Source: a virus (Duplodnaviria > Heunggongvirae > Uroviricota > Caudoviricetes). Taken from it: 64,000 bases of DNA. The notes beneath the pieces were generated by a model that saw nothing but the letters and a program-made list of their open reading frames with translations, was not told the DNA's origin and made no database searches. Position 1 is the stretch's first letter. Every line of letters begins with the position of its first letter. Where the stretch lies: IMG/VR virus record IMGVR_UViG_3300024345_000775, positions 25,144 through 89,143 of that record. The stretch is one strand, 5' to 3'. Shown piece by piece: positions 20,744 through 31,245 of the stretch. The position numbers and the translations under genes are program-made.

Positions 20744-20941
20744 TCAGTCTATATCTAAATTATTTTCTTTTACCAATCTTCTTGCTATCATAAAACATAT
20801 GTTTTTAGGAATACTAATATGATTAGCAGAAGGTTTAGTATAAATGAAATGGTCTCCTTTCTTTCTGTCTAAGGTATAACCATTTTTAAGTAATATCCTT
20901 TCAAAGTCTCGAAATGATATGGATTTAGTTAGTACACTCAA
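20744..20941 (-). CDS. hicA: HicA-like (YcfA family) mRNA interferase toxin homolog
   Basis: 65 aa; FERILLKNGYTLDRKKGDHFIYTKP...ISIPKN matches the HicA consensus (GSHxxF..P, then PxH block). Confidence 0.55.
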   Translation of the reverse strand: MSVLTKSISFRDFERILLKNGYTLDRKKGDHFIYTKPSANHISIPKNICFMIARRLVKENNLDID

Positions 20942-21416
20942 GTGTTTCCAGAATTAAGTTCAATGCAGTTCCTATCATTTCATCTATGTTTTCATTTCTG
21001 GAATTACATACACTACATCTAACTGTATTCTGAATACCTTCACATTTAACACTAATCCAAACTGTACCATTAGGAACCTTACTATTACCACCAGTTTGAC
21101 CTACATACCCTGTAATTCCAACTCCTACATCTGTATTGTAAAGGTTTCTAATTGAACTAGCCATTTCTTGAGCTACTTCAAGACTAACAACATCAAAATT
21201 CTCAATTGTTTTAGGATTTACCCATAAGATTTTCTCTTTAATCTCATTAGTATAGGACACAACACCACCTTTGAGATATTGGGAAGCTCCTTCAACTCTT
21301 GCTAAAGCATTAGATATACCTCCTGCCGTACAAGATTCAGCTGTTGCTATAGTCCAGGACTTACTTTTAAGGAATTCTCCTATTCTTTTTGCAGTTAATA
21401 AATCAGCACCTTTCAT
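20925..21416 (-). CDS. pncC: CinA C-terminal domain / NMN amidohydrolase PncC
   Basis: TIATAESCTAGGISNALARVEGASQYLKGGVVSYTNEIK ... ITGYVGQTGG matches CinA_C (TAESCTGG, GGVVSYS, TGIAGP blocks). Confidence 0.7.
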   Translation of the reverse strand: MKGADLLTAKRIGEFLKSKSWTIATAESCTAGGISNALARVEGASQYLKGGVVSYTNEIKEKILWVNPKTIENFDVVSLEVAQEMASSIRNLYNTDVGVGITGYVGQTGGNSKVPNGTVWISVKCEGIQNTVRCSVCNSRNENIDEMIGTALNLILETLECTN

Positions 21417-21419
21417 ATC

Positions 21420-21806
21420 TTATATTTTGCTTATAAGCAGTTGTGACAGTTCAAGGTACTTCTCTAATGTCTTATCACCAAAGACTCTATCTAGTCTTCT
21501 TACATTTGGTGTAGATACTTTAGAAAAACCAAATAAAGGATTCTCTAAACATTTACAATATACAGTGTTTCTCTCAATAAAGAAACTTGTAATCTTAACT
21601 CTACCACCAGCCCAAAATTCACAAGGAAATTCTTGACCATTTAGTAAAAAGAAATTCAAGAAATCTTGGTACATATTATCACAGATAGATTTTCTTAGAT
21701 GCTTGTAAGCATTGTGTCTATCTCCAACATCAGAAAGAAGTTCAACTGCTTTTTTTCTTTCTCTTGCATCCATGATAAAATTCTCCTTTGAATGAATACT
21801 CATCAA
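21420..21806 (-). CDS. hypothetical protein
   Basis: 128-aa ORF. Confidence 0.4.
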   Translation of the reverse strand: MMSIHSKENFIMDARERKKAVELLSDVGDRHNAYKHLRKSICDNMYQDFLNFFLLNGQEFPCEFWAGGRVKITSFFIERNTVYCKCLENPLFGFSKVSTPNVRRLDRVFGDKTLEKYLELSQLLISKI

Positions 21807-22665
21807 AGCCTAATCTATCTCTTGTTATTATGTCTTCACTTTCATGAAGTTTATTTTGTCTAGTCTTTTTCTTATACCACAAAGTATAATCAAAAGTTTT
21901 AGCACTTTCTTTTTCAGCTAACTTTCTAGAAAGAGCAGCTCTTTGGCTTTCTCCTTTCTCTTTAGCTTTAACTTTTCTCCATTCAGCTGTTCCAGGAACA
22001 ACCACATGACTACCTACTAAAAGAGATTCTTTACAAAAAGCTCCTTGTAGATAATATCTAATCTCTTCAGGATATACAATTCTGTGAAAGTTACTATTAC
22101 CTTCATCAATCCATAATTGAGGATGTGTTCTATAATAAGAAACAATATCTTCAATTACATCAGACATTTCCCATACCTCAAAAGACTTATCTAAAGGCCA
22201 ATTTCTAAGCCTAAAATAATTCTCAACAAATTTCTGTTTGTCATAAGTATGTGTATAATAAGGTTTATCCTTTTTGAAAATCTTTACTTCTTTCCAATAA
22301 CCACCAACAGTAATTGTCCTTCTTCTATGCTTAGATGTAGTTGGTCTTTTTCTGATAATCTTACCTTCTAAGTAATATTCAGGTTTAAAATAATAATAGT
22401 ATTTAAGTCTAAAATTATCCCAGAATATTTTCTTATAGTCAAAACTATCCCAACCACTAGCAAACTTTTTACAGTACTCAGAAAAGACATCATCTACATT
22501 CTTACCTATACCTTTTTCAAGCATAGCATCAAGAACTGTATAAAGATAATGCCATTTTTCATCACCATGCCCCCACCATTTATGATAGCGAGTACTTTCT
22601 CTTACTGCTTTCTTACTAGAACTTCTTTGCAGATAATCAGCTTCTAAATCTCTTACCTTTGGCAT
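21742..22665 (-). CDS. hypothetical basic protein
   Basis: 307 aa, Lys/Arg/Tyr-rich. Confidence 0.45.
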   Translation of the reverse strand: MPKVRDLEADYLQRSSSKKAVRESTRYHKWWGHGDEKWHYLYTVLDAMLEKGIGKNVDDVFSEYCKKFASGWDSFDYKKIFWDNFRLKYYYYFKPEYYLEGKIIRKRPTTSKHRRRTITVGGYWKEVKIFKKDKPYYTHTYDKQKFVENYFRLRNWPLDKSFEVWEMSDVIEDIVSYYRTHPQLWIDEGNSNFHRIVYPEEIRYYLQGAFCKESLLVGSHVVVPGTAEWRKVKAKEKGESQRAALSRKLAEKESAKTFDYTLWYKKKTRQNKLHESEDIITRDRLGFDEYSFKGEFYHGCKRKKKSS

Positions 22666-22686
22666 AATAACTTTGTTTTTAATTAG

Positions 22687-22760
22687 TAGGGTAAGCCAGA
22701 CTCAAACTGGCGACCACTAGTTCCCAAAACTAGCATTCTAATCAACTGAACTATTACCCT
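22687..22760 (-). tRNA. tRNA-Pro (TGG)
   Basis: Acceptor AGGGTAA/TTACCCT, anticodon arm CTAGT-TTTGGGA-ACTAG, T-arm GCCAGTTTGAGTCTGGC; 74 nt. Confidence 0.8.
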
Positions 22761-22770
22761 ATTTTTGTGG

Positions 22771-22845
22771 GGTATTGTCTCAGACTCGAACTGAGGACCT
22801 CCTGTGCCACAAACAGGAATTCTAACCAACTGAACTAACAACACC
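22771..22845 (-). tRNA. tRNA-His (GTG) with G-1
   Basis: Extra 5' G pairing with discriminator C, anticodon arm CCTGT-TTGTGGC-ACAGG, T-arm CTCAGTTCGAGTCTGAG. Confidence 0.8.
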
Positions 22846-24107
22846 ACACAACACCCTATAAACTTACACAGTAAGAACTTAATCAGGTGTAAACACAATT
22901 AGGTATTACCCTTCTTGTGCATAGTTTTTAATCTTTTGCAGTAGAGTTTTGTCTAAGACAGTACTCTGTTTTACCAATTTCTATGAGAGCATTTTCATAA
23001 GCTTCTGTATAAGACTCAAAAGAGCCCTGTATAGAGGTTATCTGACCTTCAATGGTATATTTATACCTTTTAACAGGTCCATGCTCTCTAGACTCAAGAA
23101 AATGGTTAACAGTGACCTCCCAGCCTCTTTTAGCTAATGCATCAAGAACACTCAATATGTCTATAGAGGGTTTTAATGCAATTTCTGGATAAACTCTAGC
23201 AAGATATTTCCAGACTTCTGGTTTAATCATACAAAAAGTTTTCTTTTTCTACCGATAACAATAGACTGTGTTGTAACATCTTTTGTTACAGGAGCTTCTT
23301 TAGCAACTACTACAGAAGGGTTAGGAAGATTTCTTTGTTGGTCAAAGGATTCAAAAGGATTACTATAAAAAGCAACAGTTCCTCCTTCAGAAAAGAAGTC
23401 CATAAGATAATCCTCAAAGTTACAAAAATCAAAGTCATCATCCATAATGTCAAAACTACTATCTGGAGCAGTAAGTAGTTTTTCAATTTGACAATAGTCA
23501 ATTGCTACAATATTAGCAATATCTTCTGGATGTAGCATAAGGAAACTATGAGAGAAATTATCACACTTATCTTCTACTTCATCAGTACTTTGAGCACAAC
23601 AAGAAAACATGAATCTAGATGAGAAAGAGTTATCATAACTATCTGGTATATAAAATAAAATTTTACTACCATCAGTAAGAGTTGCACAAGCATATTCTGC
23701 TGTACCAATTTTCATCAAGATAGCATCTATCTCTTCAAAAGTTTTCATTTTGTTTCCTCCTTCTCAGGGAACAGTTGTGCATTTACTTTCTTCATAATCT
23801 CTAAGTCCTGCTTAGCCAGTTCAATATCAACAGACAGCTGATAGATTTTACTCATCAACTGGTTGGTATTTACATTCTGTACCTTCTTAGCAATGGACAT
23901 AGTATTATCCTCACCAAGGTCAAGCAAACTAGAAAGTCTGTCTTCCATCTGGCGGATAGTTCTCTCCTTTGTCTGAATCAGCAAATCAGCATCAGCTTTT
24001 GCATTCTTCACAAAGTTACTTACTCTAGTTTGCCGCAAATCAGCGGCAGAAGCATTCAATGCCTTTTCAAAAGATTGTAAATTCATAATATATCTAAATT
24101 TTAAATG

Positions 24108-24437
24108 TTATTCAATAACAACTTCATAAATTGTTTTTGTAATTCTTTTATCAGATTGTACAAGATAATCTCCTCTTGACAAATCAACTTCAAAAGAACC
24201 TCTAGCTACCTTTACAAGTTTACTATGATTTAAATTATAAACATATGTAACTTGATTTTTGTCATTAGTTTTAATTTCAATCTTCAATACATCTTTAAAG
24301 ATGACTGTAGATTCATTAACAACTTCAATTCTAGAATCTCTTTCAAACCATTTTGGTTTGTTAAGATTCTTTGTACTACCACATCCTACTAATGTAAATA
24401 GTACAAATAATAAAAATATAATTTGTTTTTTCATCAA
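24108..24437 (-). CDS. small lipoprotein
   Basis: Signal peptide + lipobox LVGCGS at N-terminus; 109 aa. Confidence 0.5.
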   Translation of the reverse strand: MMKKQIIFLLFVLFTLVGCGSTKNLNKPKWFERDSRIEVVNESTVIFKDVLKIEIKTNDKNQVTYVYNLNHSKLVKVARGSFEVDLSRGDYLVQSDKRITKTIYEVVIE

Positions 24438-25699
24438 TACATAAATAATTGTTCTCTCATTAAAGGTTCCATATTAATCCACATATTGCGAGTTACAGGA
24501 ATCCTTCTGAAACCAAAGATACATCCTTCCTCACAAGTATCAATATAATCTGCAATTACATTAACTTGTGCATCAGTAAGTTTCTTCCAAGTAGCAGGAT
24601 GTCTTTCATCCCATCTGCCTTCAAACAACACCCAACCATTATGAAACTTAACCCAACCTTCCTTCTCTAACCATCTGTCAGATTCAGAAGCATAAGTAAA
24701 TTTCATATCATACTTTTCTGCTATTTTATCAGCAATTTTACAGTGTAGCATGTTGCTTATCTCACCATTCATTGCAAACACCAGACCATCTGGATTTATC
24801 CATCCAGCATCATATTTGTCTTTAATGTTTACAGGTTCAATAGCACCCATCTTAGCATAATCAAGTTCAGCAGCTATAAAAGCCTTAATTGAATCTTTAA
24901 CTTGGTCTCTTTCACTAAAATCAGAACTGATATAGTAATCAAACTTTATCTTCCAATCTACCATTTGATTTTCTAACCAAGGCTTTACACCAGCATCTAC
25001 TCCAAGTTCTTGTAACAGAATTTCATTTACTTTGTAATAGTGTATACAATCAAGTCTATATCCTAAAAGGAACTTCATTTGATAGTATAACCTTCTAAAT
25101 TTTTCATCATCACAATAATCTAGTAATGCATCAGTAAATAGAAATTCAGGAGTTTCAAGACTAGTTAAAGCTGCTAATAGCTTCATTGGAGTAAATCTAA
25201 CATAAGCACCAATCTCTATATTAAGATTTGGTAACTTACAGTCATAACCACACAGTAAACAAATTTTCTCAAAGTTATCCTTTTCTACTTCTACTGTCAC
25301 TGAATCATTCCTACAGATTTCCAGATTGTTCCAAGCTACTTGTAAACTACCACTTTGAGAAGTCTCTTTTAACTTGTTTACTTTTTCAGTAATCCAATTC
25401 TTAAAATCAATAGGAGTAAAATCAGGAAATTCCTCAGGACTATATTTACCTATACTAACTGTACAATCATTATTGCCTACTACAGCCAGTTCTCCTAGAA
25501 GAATTCTTTTTACCATTTCTAGTTCAATTCCTCTAAAACTCTTTAGATAGGTATCTATACATCCTTGATAATTTGCTTTTTGTAACAGTTTCTCAGTTGC
25601 TATATCATACAGGATTTCTCCTATATTAGTTCCAACAGTAAAATGTAATTCACTCATATATACATTAGTTTTGTAGGTTCTAACTGAGCTACTGCACAA
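24434..25699 (-). CDS. hypothetical protein
   Basis: 421-aa ORF. Confidence 0.5.
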   Translation of the reverse strand: MCSSSVRTYKTNVYMSELHFTVGTNIGEILYDIATEKLLQKANYQGCIDTYLKSFRGIELEMVKRILLGELAVVGNNDCTVSIGKYSPEEFPDFTPIDFKNWITEKVNKLKETSQSGSLQVAWNNLEICRNDSVTVEVEKDNFEKICLLCGYDCKLPNLNIEIGAYVRFTPMKLLAALTSLETPEFLFTDALLDYCDDEKFRRLYYQMKFLLGYRLDCIHYYKVNEILLQELGVDAGVKPWLENQMVDWKIKFDYYISSDFSERDQVKDSIKAFIAAELDYAKMGAIEPVNIKDKYDAGWINPDGLVFAMNGEISNMLHCKIADKIAEKYDMKFTYASESDRWLEKEGWVKFHNGWVLFEGRWDERHPATWKKLTDAQVNVIADYIDTCEEGCIFGFRRIPVTRNMWINMEPLMREQLFMY

Positions 25700-26127
25700 G
25701 TATTAGGGTCTGCAAAGTTAATTCTACCATAGTCACAATGAAGTTCTTGTTTAAAGTCATATAACTTCTTTGGCAACCAGTTAGACATATCTTTACATTC
25801 ATAATCAGTAGGTCTTATTGCAGTAATAAACTGTTTACCTCTACCATCTTGTACTATCCACATATCAAATAAATGCTATATGTTGCCCACAAATACCACA
25901 GATTCTTTCATGATAAATCCAAGAAGAAGTATCATATACCATATGCAACTTACATTGCTTGTACTTTAAGTAATACTCTACTCCTGCTTTTATCTCATCC
26001 TCTGTAGTTTCAATTAGTTCAGAGCCATCTACAAAGGGAATTTCAGATATTTGCTCTTCTGGAGTAAACAATCTTCCATCCCTTTTAGATTTCTCCACAA
26101 ATAGTTCTTTACCTTGATATTGTGCCA

Positions 26128-26838
26128 TTATACATTACAATATAGTAAAGCTAAACATTGTGTTTGCAAACTAACAACATCAGATGATGTAAGTACTCTT
26201 CTGTCAAAAGGTCTAGTAATAACATGTCTCCCACTTACAGTTTCAAGAACAGCTTCAACAGGATTTTCAAATCCACTTTGAGCAGATTTTACTTCATCCA
26301 GAACCTTTTTAAGTACTTCATCATCTTTAGTATCAACATCTATCAACCAAAATTTATGTCCTTTGATACCTTCAGTTTTCATAATTGCCGAATCTATGGT
26401 ACCTCTTAAAGATATAATCTGTTTTGAAGACATTAAACCTTGTATATTGTCTGTTATAATGCTTAATAGTCTGAATAATACCTTGATTAAGTGTTTACTA
26501 TTTAAGCAGACATATGCTCTACAATTGAACATATTACATAGTTGCTTTATCTCATCTACTTTCTCCAAGAAATGTTCCTTAGATTGGAAATGATAAGACT
26601 TAATAGTTCTCACTCTGTTGCTTCCTTTTACTGTGGTGTTACCATCTTTGTGTCTACTTACAACCCATACAAGTATAAGTGACCTTCCGCCTGGTTCAAA
26701 ATCAAGTAAAGGAATAACTTTGTCAATATTATCAACAATTTTACTCATGACACATTTCAAACCATTTAGCAAAATCATGCAAAGTATCAAATCTGTAGAT
26801 GTCCATACAATCTCCGTGTGTACAGAGTTCTGAAACAT
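26128..26838 (-). CDS. hypothetical protein
   Basis: 236-aa ORF. Confidence 0.45.
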   Translation of the reverse strand: MFQNSVHTEIVWTSTDLILCMILLNGLKCVMSKIVDNIDKVIPLLDFEPGGRSLILVWVVSRHKDGNTTVKGSNRVRTIKSYHFQSKEHFLEKVDEIKQLCNMFNCRAYVCLNSKHLIKVLFRLLSIITDNIQGLMSSKQIISLRGTIDSAIMKTEGIKGHKFWLIDVDTKDDEVLKKVLDEVKSAQSGFENPVEAVLETVSGRHVITRPFDRRVLTSSDVVSLQTQCLALLYCNV

Positions 26839-27325
26839 CTACATTTTTATTATATGGTGCTTTAATAAGTACACCATATTGAGCAGTACTTCCTTTAAAG
26901 TTCCAATCATTATCATCAATAAGATAATCTACATGAAGCAATGATTTATCTTTAAGGAAACATAATCCATCATAGGTAATCCCATGTTTGTCAAGCCATT
27001 CAATAGCTTGTTCTTTATTAAGAGGTGTTTTCTGGTAGGATATAATGACTATCTTACCAAACTTCTTGAGAATCTCTATTGCTTCTACAACATGAGGCAG
27101 TAAAGCAGCATCTTCAAAGATTTCCTTACTGTGTAATTGGAAGAACCAATCTCCAGCTTTTATACCAGTTTCAGTAAGAATTCTTGGAAAACTTTCCTCA
27201 ACAACAAAACTATGAACATCATCCATTGTCTTATTGTCTTTGAATTCTCTATTATACACCTCTAACATCTTTGATAGAGTACTCCTAAGTACTTCATCAA
27301 TATCTATTCCAAATATGTAATTCAT
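26741..27325 (-). CDS. HAD-family 5'(3')-deoxyribonucleotidase-like phosphatase
   Basis: N-terminal FGIDIDEVL (DxDxV/T motif I), ~190 aa like NT5C-type nucleotidases. Confidence 0.5.
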   Translation of the reverse strand: MNYIFGIDIDEVLRSTLSKMLEVYNREFKDNKTMDDVHSFVVEESFPRILTETGIKAGDWFFQLHSKEIFEDAALLPHVVEAIEILKKFGKIVIISYQKTPLNKEQAIEWLDKHGITYDGLCFLKDKSLLHVDYLIDDNDWNFKGSTAQYGVLIKAPYNKNVDVSELCTHGDCMDIYRFDTLHDFAKWFEMCHE

Positions 27326-27330
27326 AAGAG

Positions 27331-27750
27331 TTAATCAGCTCTAGTTGGAAATCCAACACAAGTATAGTAATGTCTTCCTTGTTTGTTATCTACAAGTTCA
27401 TAGTAATAATCATCTGTTCCAACAATTGCTCTTGTCATAGTGCAGATTTTATCGCCAAAGAAAAACTTTCTTCCCTTGTTCTTCTCCACTTCTTTTAGAA
27501 TTTTAGGAGCATTGACACATCCAGGATGAGTATCAATATAACTTTGTGTTAGTTCAGTAAAGAAGTCACAATGGTAAATAGAAGTATAACCTTCATATTC
27601 TTTCTTTAAGGCTTTTCTCTTCTCCACACATTCCTCTTCATTACTGTCATTTTCTGATTTGTTAATTGCTATAAGTTTTCTGATATATTCATCATACTTA
27701 TCAAAAAACCTTTTCTCTCTTTCAAGATATTGTTCTAATGTCAATTCCAT
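27331..27750 (-). CDS. hypothetical protein
   Basis: Start moved to MELTLEQYL because upstream part of tracked ORF overlaps a tRNA-like T-arm. Confidence 0.4.
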   Translation of the reverse strand: MELTLEQYLEREKRFFDKYDEYIRKLIAINKSENDSNEEECVEKRKALKKEYEGYTSIYHCDFFTELTQSYIDTHPGCVNAPKILKEVEKNKGRKFFFGDKICTMTRAIVGTDDYYYELVDNKQGRHYYTCVGFPTRAD

Positions 27751-27755
27751 AATTG

Positions 27756-27815
27756 TAGCACCTATGGGACTTGAACCCACACAGCCATCACTGGCCACTA
27801 GATTTTCTTACTACT
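27756..27815 (-). ncRNA. tRNA-like 3' fragment (T-arm + acceptor 3' strand, possible long variable arm), no 5' partner found
   Basis: Minus-strand reads ...GGCCAGTGATGGCTGTGTGGGTTCAAGTCCCATAGGTGCTA: canonical T-loop TTCAAGT with 5-bp stem, 7-nt acceptor-like 3' strand. No complementary 5' acceptor strand or D-arm within 250 nt. Confidence 0.35.
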
Positions 27816-28340
27816 CTATGTTTCCATAGCCAAATAACTAGAACGATTGCATGTTCACCTAGCTCGTTTTGCATGGCTGTAAACTAATTATTTGTTGTAG
27901 TCTGGACTCTATCTTAACCTTATTAGAATCTTGCAAGATGTAAATTAGATGTTCACTGACCTAGCGGTTTACCCAGAATGCATATGGTTCTCTAATTTAC
28001 AATTCTAACTTAGGTTCCTCCTGTATAGTCTCTACACACTGTCTATTATCTCAATTCTTTCAGGATGACATATCATCAGTCTCTTCTTCCATTTTATTGA
28101 GACCTATCATTGAGTTTTAACATTGGCTCGGTATTAACATATTAGAAAAAGAAAAACTCAGCGAGGATGCAGGATTGTCCAGAGATTCGTGAAATCTTCT
28201 TCAAAACTTACACTTTCTTTTTTATTCTAACTTAGTCTTCACCGAATTAGGGAGGTTCTACTCTATAAGTTTCTTTATAAGCACTCAAATTATAGATAAA
28301 GTCTAGCGCGTCTGCCAATTTCGCCAAGGTGCCCTGTAAC

Positions 28341-28511
28341 TTACCAGCTAATCTTTATCCTAGCAGCAGTTCCTTGACCTATTAAAATTGAATAATTCTG
28401 ACTTTTTAAGTGTTCAATTGTATCATTATCAAGTAAATACTTATCAACAAACACATAATTTAAGCCAAAATTACTTGCAGCCTTAATAAGACTATTTAAT
28501 GTTTCATTCAT
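28341..28511 (-). CDS. small hypothetical protein (56 aa), translationally coupled
   Basis: ATGA start/stop overlap with the upstream gene (28508-28975); MNETLNSLIKAASNFGLNYVFVDKYLL... Below the 60-aa track cutoff. Confidence 0.3.
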   Translation of the reverse strand: MNETLNSLIKAASNFGLNYVFVDKYLLDNDTIEHLKSQNYSILIGQGTAARIKISW

Positions 28512-28975
28512 GCAAATGGTAAACCTTTTATGATTATATTAAGTGCATATTGTATTCCTGCTTCTAATGCAGAATCATAGTCAGGATATAAAGCAATACA
28601 CTCAACACCAACATTTCCTATGAAAGCTCCATAAGTATTAGCTGTCTCTTTCTCATTTGGAAAGAAATTCTTGCAGCCATATACCTCAATATGGTGAACT
28701 TGTTGTAACCATCTTTGAGCTGTTGCCAAAGTAGGTGCAGAATATTGGTCCATATACGCAGGAGCTGCATTACAATCACACAATACAATCCTATCCCTAT
28801 CTACAGAATATTGATAGAAAATACCATGCTGATAGTAAGACATACATTCAAGATTGAAACCTGCTTCTTTCAACATTTTAGCAGTTTCAAGACTCACACA
28901 TTTATCCCATACCATTTTCTTTCTGTATTTTATGTTTATATGCTGTTGTAAGCCACATACAAACATTATTACCAC
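28508..28975 (-). CDS. hypothetical protein, paralog family X (with 30074-30478)
   Basis: Shares VSLETAKMLKEAGF and APTLATAQRWLQQVHH blocks with 30074-30478. Confidence 0.45.
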   Translation of the reverse strand: MVIMFVCGLQQHINIKYRKKMVWDKCVSLETAKMLKEAGFNLECMSYYQHGIFYQYSVDRDRIVLCDCNAAPAYMDQYSAPTLATAQRWLQQVHHIEVYGCKNFFPNEKETANTYGAFIGNVGVECIALYPDYDSALEAGIQYALNIIIKGLPFA

Positions 28976-29834
28976 CTATAACTTTCCTAGCTCTCCATTT
29001 TTTACATTCAGGGTGCCAGATTATACTGCTAAATCCAGGAGTACCATATTCCTCATTTATGGCTAATATAAATTCTTTCTTAGTCATAATTACCCACAAA
29101 TTTTAACTGTTATTTTTATTGTACTATTTCCCAATCTTTTGCTTTAACATCATCAAGAGAAAATCCTTCACCTATATGTAACAGTCTAATACCAGAATCT
29201 TCTTTAATCATTAACCTAGTTAATGTACCATCTGTAGTTTCAAGCCAAAGATTTTGATTCCAAGATACTCTACGAATTTTCTTACCATTAAGAAAATCTG
29301 GTAAAATTTCAAATAAAGTTTTCATGTTTATTCACAAATTTTAATGGTCAATTCCACTTTAGTAGGTTCTTTATCTTCCCATTTGACTTCAGGAAATAAA
29401 TTAGAATCAATTACCTTATCTTTGTCATTTTCTAAATACCACCATCCCTTAGGATTTTTATGTGGTTTGTAAAGATATAAGTATATTCTATTCTCAACTT
29501 TATCTCTTGCTATCCAAGCAGTAATTGTCTCTTCCATGATTATTTACAATCTAATAAAATATTATTATTAAATATTTCGACTGTTTCTACTGGAAGTGCA
29601 CCAGAACATCCACCATCACCAGTTGCAAAATGAACTTCTTTGTCTGGATTTTGCAATAAAATTTCTGCTAATTCCTTAGCTATCATAACTTATTGTCCTT
29701 TCTTTAATTCTTTCCATCTACTCCAACATGCCACTGTCTGCTCCATGTTTAAAATAAATGGACATTTTTCCCATCCAGTATTCCACATTAGGTTAGCAAC
29801 AAGTCTCCCAAATTTTTGATTGCTTGTCATAACT

Positions 29835-30071
29835 TCATTTTCTCTTTGGATTATTCCAATAATTATATGTATCAACACTATCTGTTGACATACCACAATT
29901 AGGACAATAGTTTTCATTGCAGATAACCCTACCACACTTAATACAATGGTCTTTAGGAACTTCTAAGTCCCAAATACATAATCCTAATATCATAGTGATT
30001 ATGCAAATTCCAGCTATCCATGCAAATGCTTTTAGACAACCATCAAGCATATCTAATCCTAATTCTGACAT
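29835..30071 (-). CDS. small membrane protein with C-terminal zinc ribbon
   Basis: TM helix then CIKCGRVICNENYCPNCG. Confidence 0.4.
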   Translation of the reverse strand: MSELGLDMLDGCLKAFAWIAGICIITMILGLCIWDLEVPKDHCIKCGRVICNENYCPNCGMSTDSVDTYNYWNNPKRK

Positions 30072-30073
30072 AA

Positions 30074-30478
30074 TTATTCTCCTTTTTCCAAAATTATTTC
30101 AAGTGCTTTCTTTATACTTGCTTCTTGAGCTTCTTCATAAGTATAAAAATCTTCTCCATAAACACCATCTTCTAAACTTTGATGTTGTTTGGTAATTCTA
30201 AACATCCAAGACTCTTGTGATGATGAAAAGATAGTTATATGTAAATGATGTACTTCTCTTAACCATCTTTGTGCTACATCGAGAGTTGGAGCTTTTGCAT
30301 AAACAGACTCTTGATAATGATAATTAGAACAGTATTCTATAGAACCACTATAGAAGACATTTTCTTTATAGAAGCCTTGACAATTCCAATCAAATCCTGC
30401 CTGTTTAAGAAGGTTTGCAGTATCTAATGATACATGAGGTTCATGTTCCATAATCAATTCTTGTAAATTCTTTTCCAT
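30074..30478 (-). CDS. hypothetical protein, paralog family X
   Basis: VSLDTANLLKQAGF and APTLDVAQRWLREVHH blocks. Confidence 0.45.
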   Translation of the reverse strand: MEKNLQELIMEHEPHVSLDTANLLKQAGFDWNCQGFYKENVFYSGSIEYCSNYHYQESVYAKAPTLDVAQRWLREVHHLHITIFSSSQESWMFRITKQHQSLEDGVYGEDFYTYEEAQEASIKKALEIILEKGE

Positions 30479-30840
30479 TCTTTTCTAAGCTTAAATCCTG
30501 CACATTGATTTAAACTGTTATGTATATGGAAATTCTCACACATATAAAACAATGGACATTTTGGAAAGCATACATCAAAAATTCTACTCATTAGAATATA
30601 AATCTAAATATTTTGACAATGCCTTCTAATCCTTCAGCAACAAAAGCTATTATAAGAAGAATTGCTAATATACCTAAACCAATTACATCTATAGCTAAAA
30701 GAGCTCCAGAAAGACCTCCTAAATGGTTGTCCATCCACCATTTAATTCCCCACTTTTTACTTCTACTATACTGAGCTACTTCATGTAAAATAGCAATCAA
30801 ATGTAAAAGTAACCATAAAAATAGTAATCTGTATATCATA

Positions 30841-31245
30841 TTAGCCATATTTTGCTTTTAACTTCTCATATTGAGCTCTTTCATTTGCTTCAATACACTC
30901 TTTTCTCTTTTTCTCAAGAAGAAGTTCAGATTGTTTTTCCTCCTCCTTAATTTTTTCTATAGTTGAGATAAGTTCTTCTTTTGACATCCAAAGATATTCA
31001 GCAGGAAACCAAAGTTCAAAATGCTCACATTCTCCCATGCAACAATTACCATAACCACTACCTGTTACATTTATATCAAGTGTGTTATTTTGATTCTTAT
31101 ATACATAAAGAGTACAAGCGTCACCCTTTACATAATTAGCAGCCTCATACTTTTTACATCCACCAAGAATATCTCTGATTTCTTCAACTCTTTGTTCAAG
31201 TGCTAACTGCAAATTAGCAAGTTGTAATACTTGTTCTTGATTCAT
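30841..31245 (-). CDS. coiled-coil protein
   Basis: 134 aa, Glu/Lys/Leu heptad-like. Confidence 0.4.
   Translation of the reverse strand: MNQEQVLQLANLQLALEQRVEEIRDILGGCKKYEAANYVKGDACTLYVYKNQNNTLDINVTGSGYGNCCMGECEHFELWFPAEYLWMSKEELISTIEKIKEEEKQSELLLEKKRKECIEANERAQYEKLKAKYG

Noticed and set aside
22683-22898. 71-aa minus-strand ORF
   Set aside because: Lies entirely across the tRNA-Pro and tRNA-His genes; the reading frame is an artefact of tRNA sequence.
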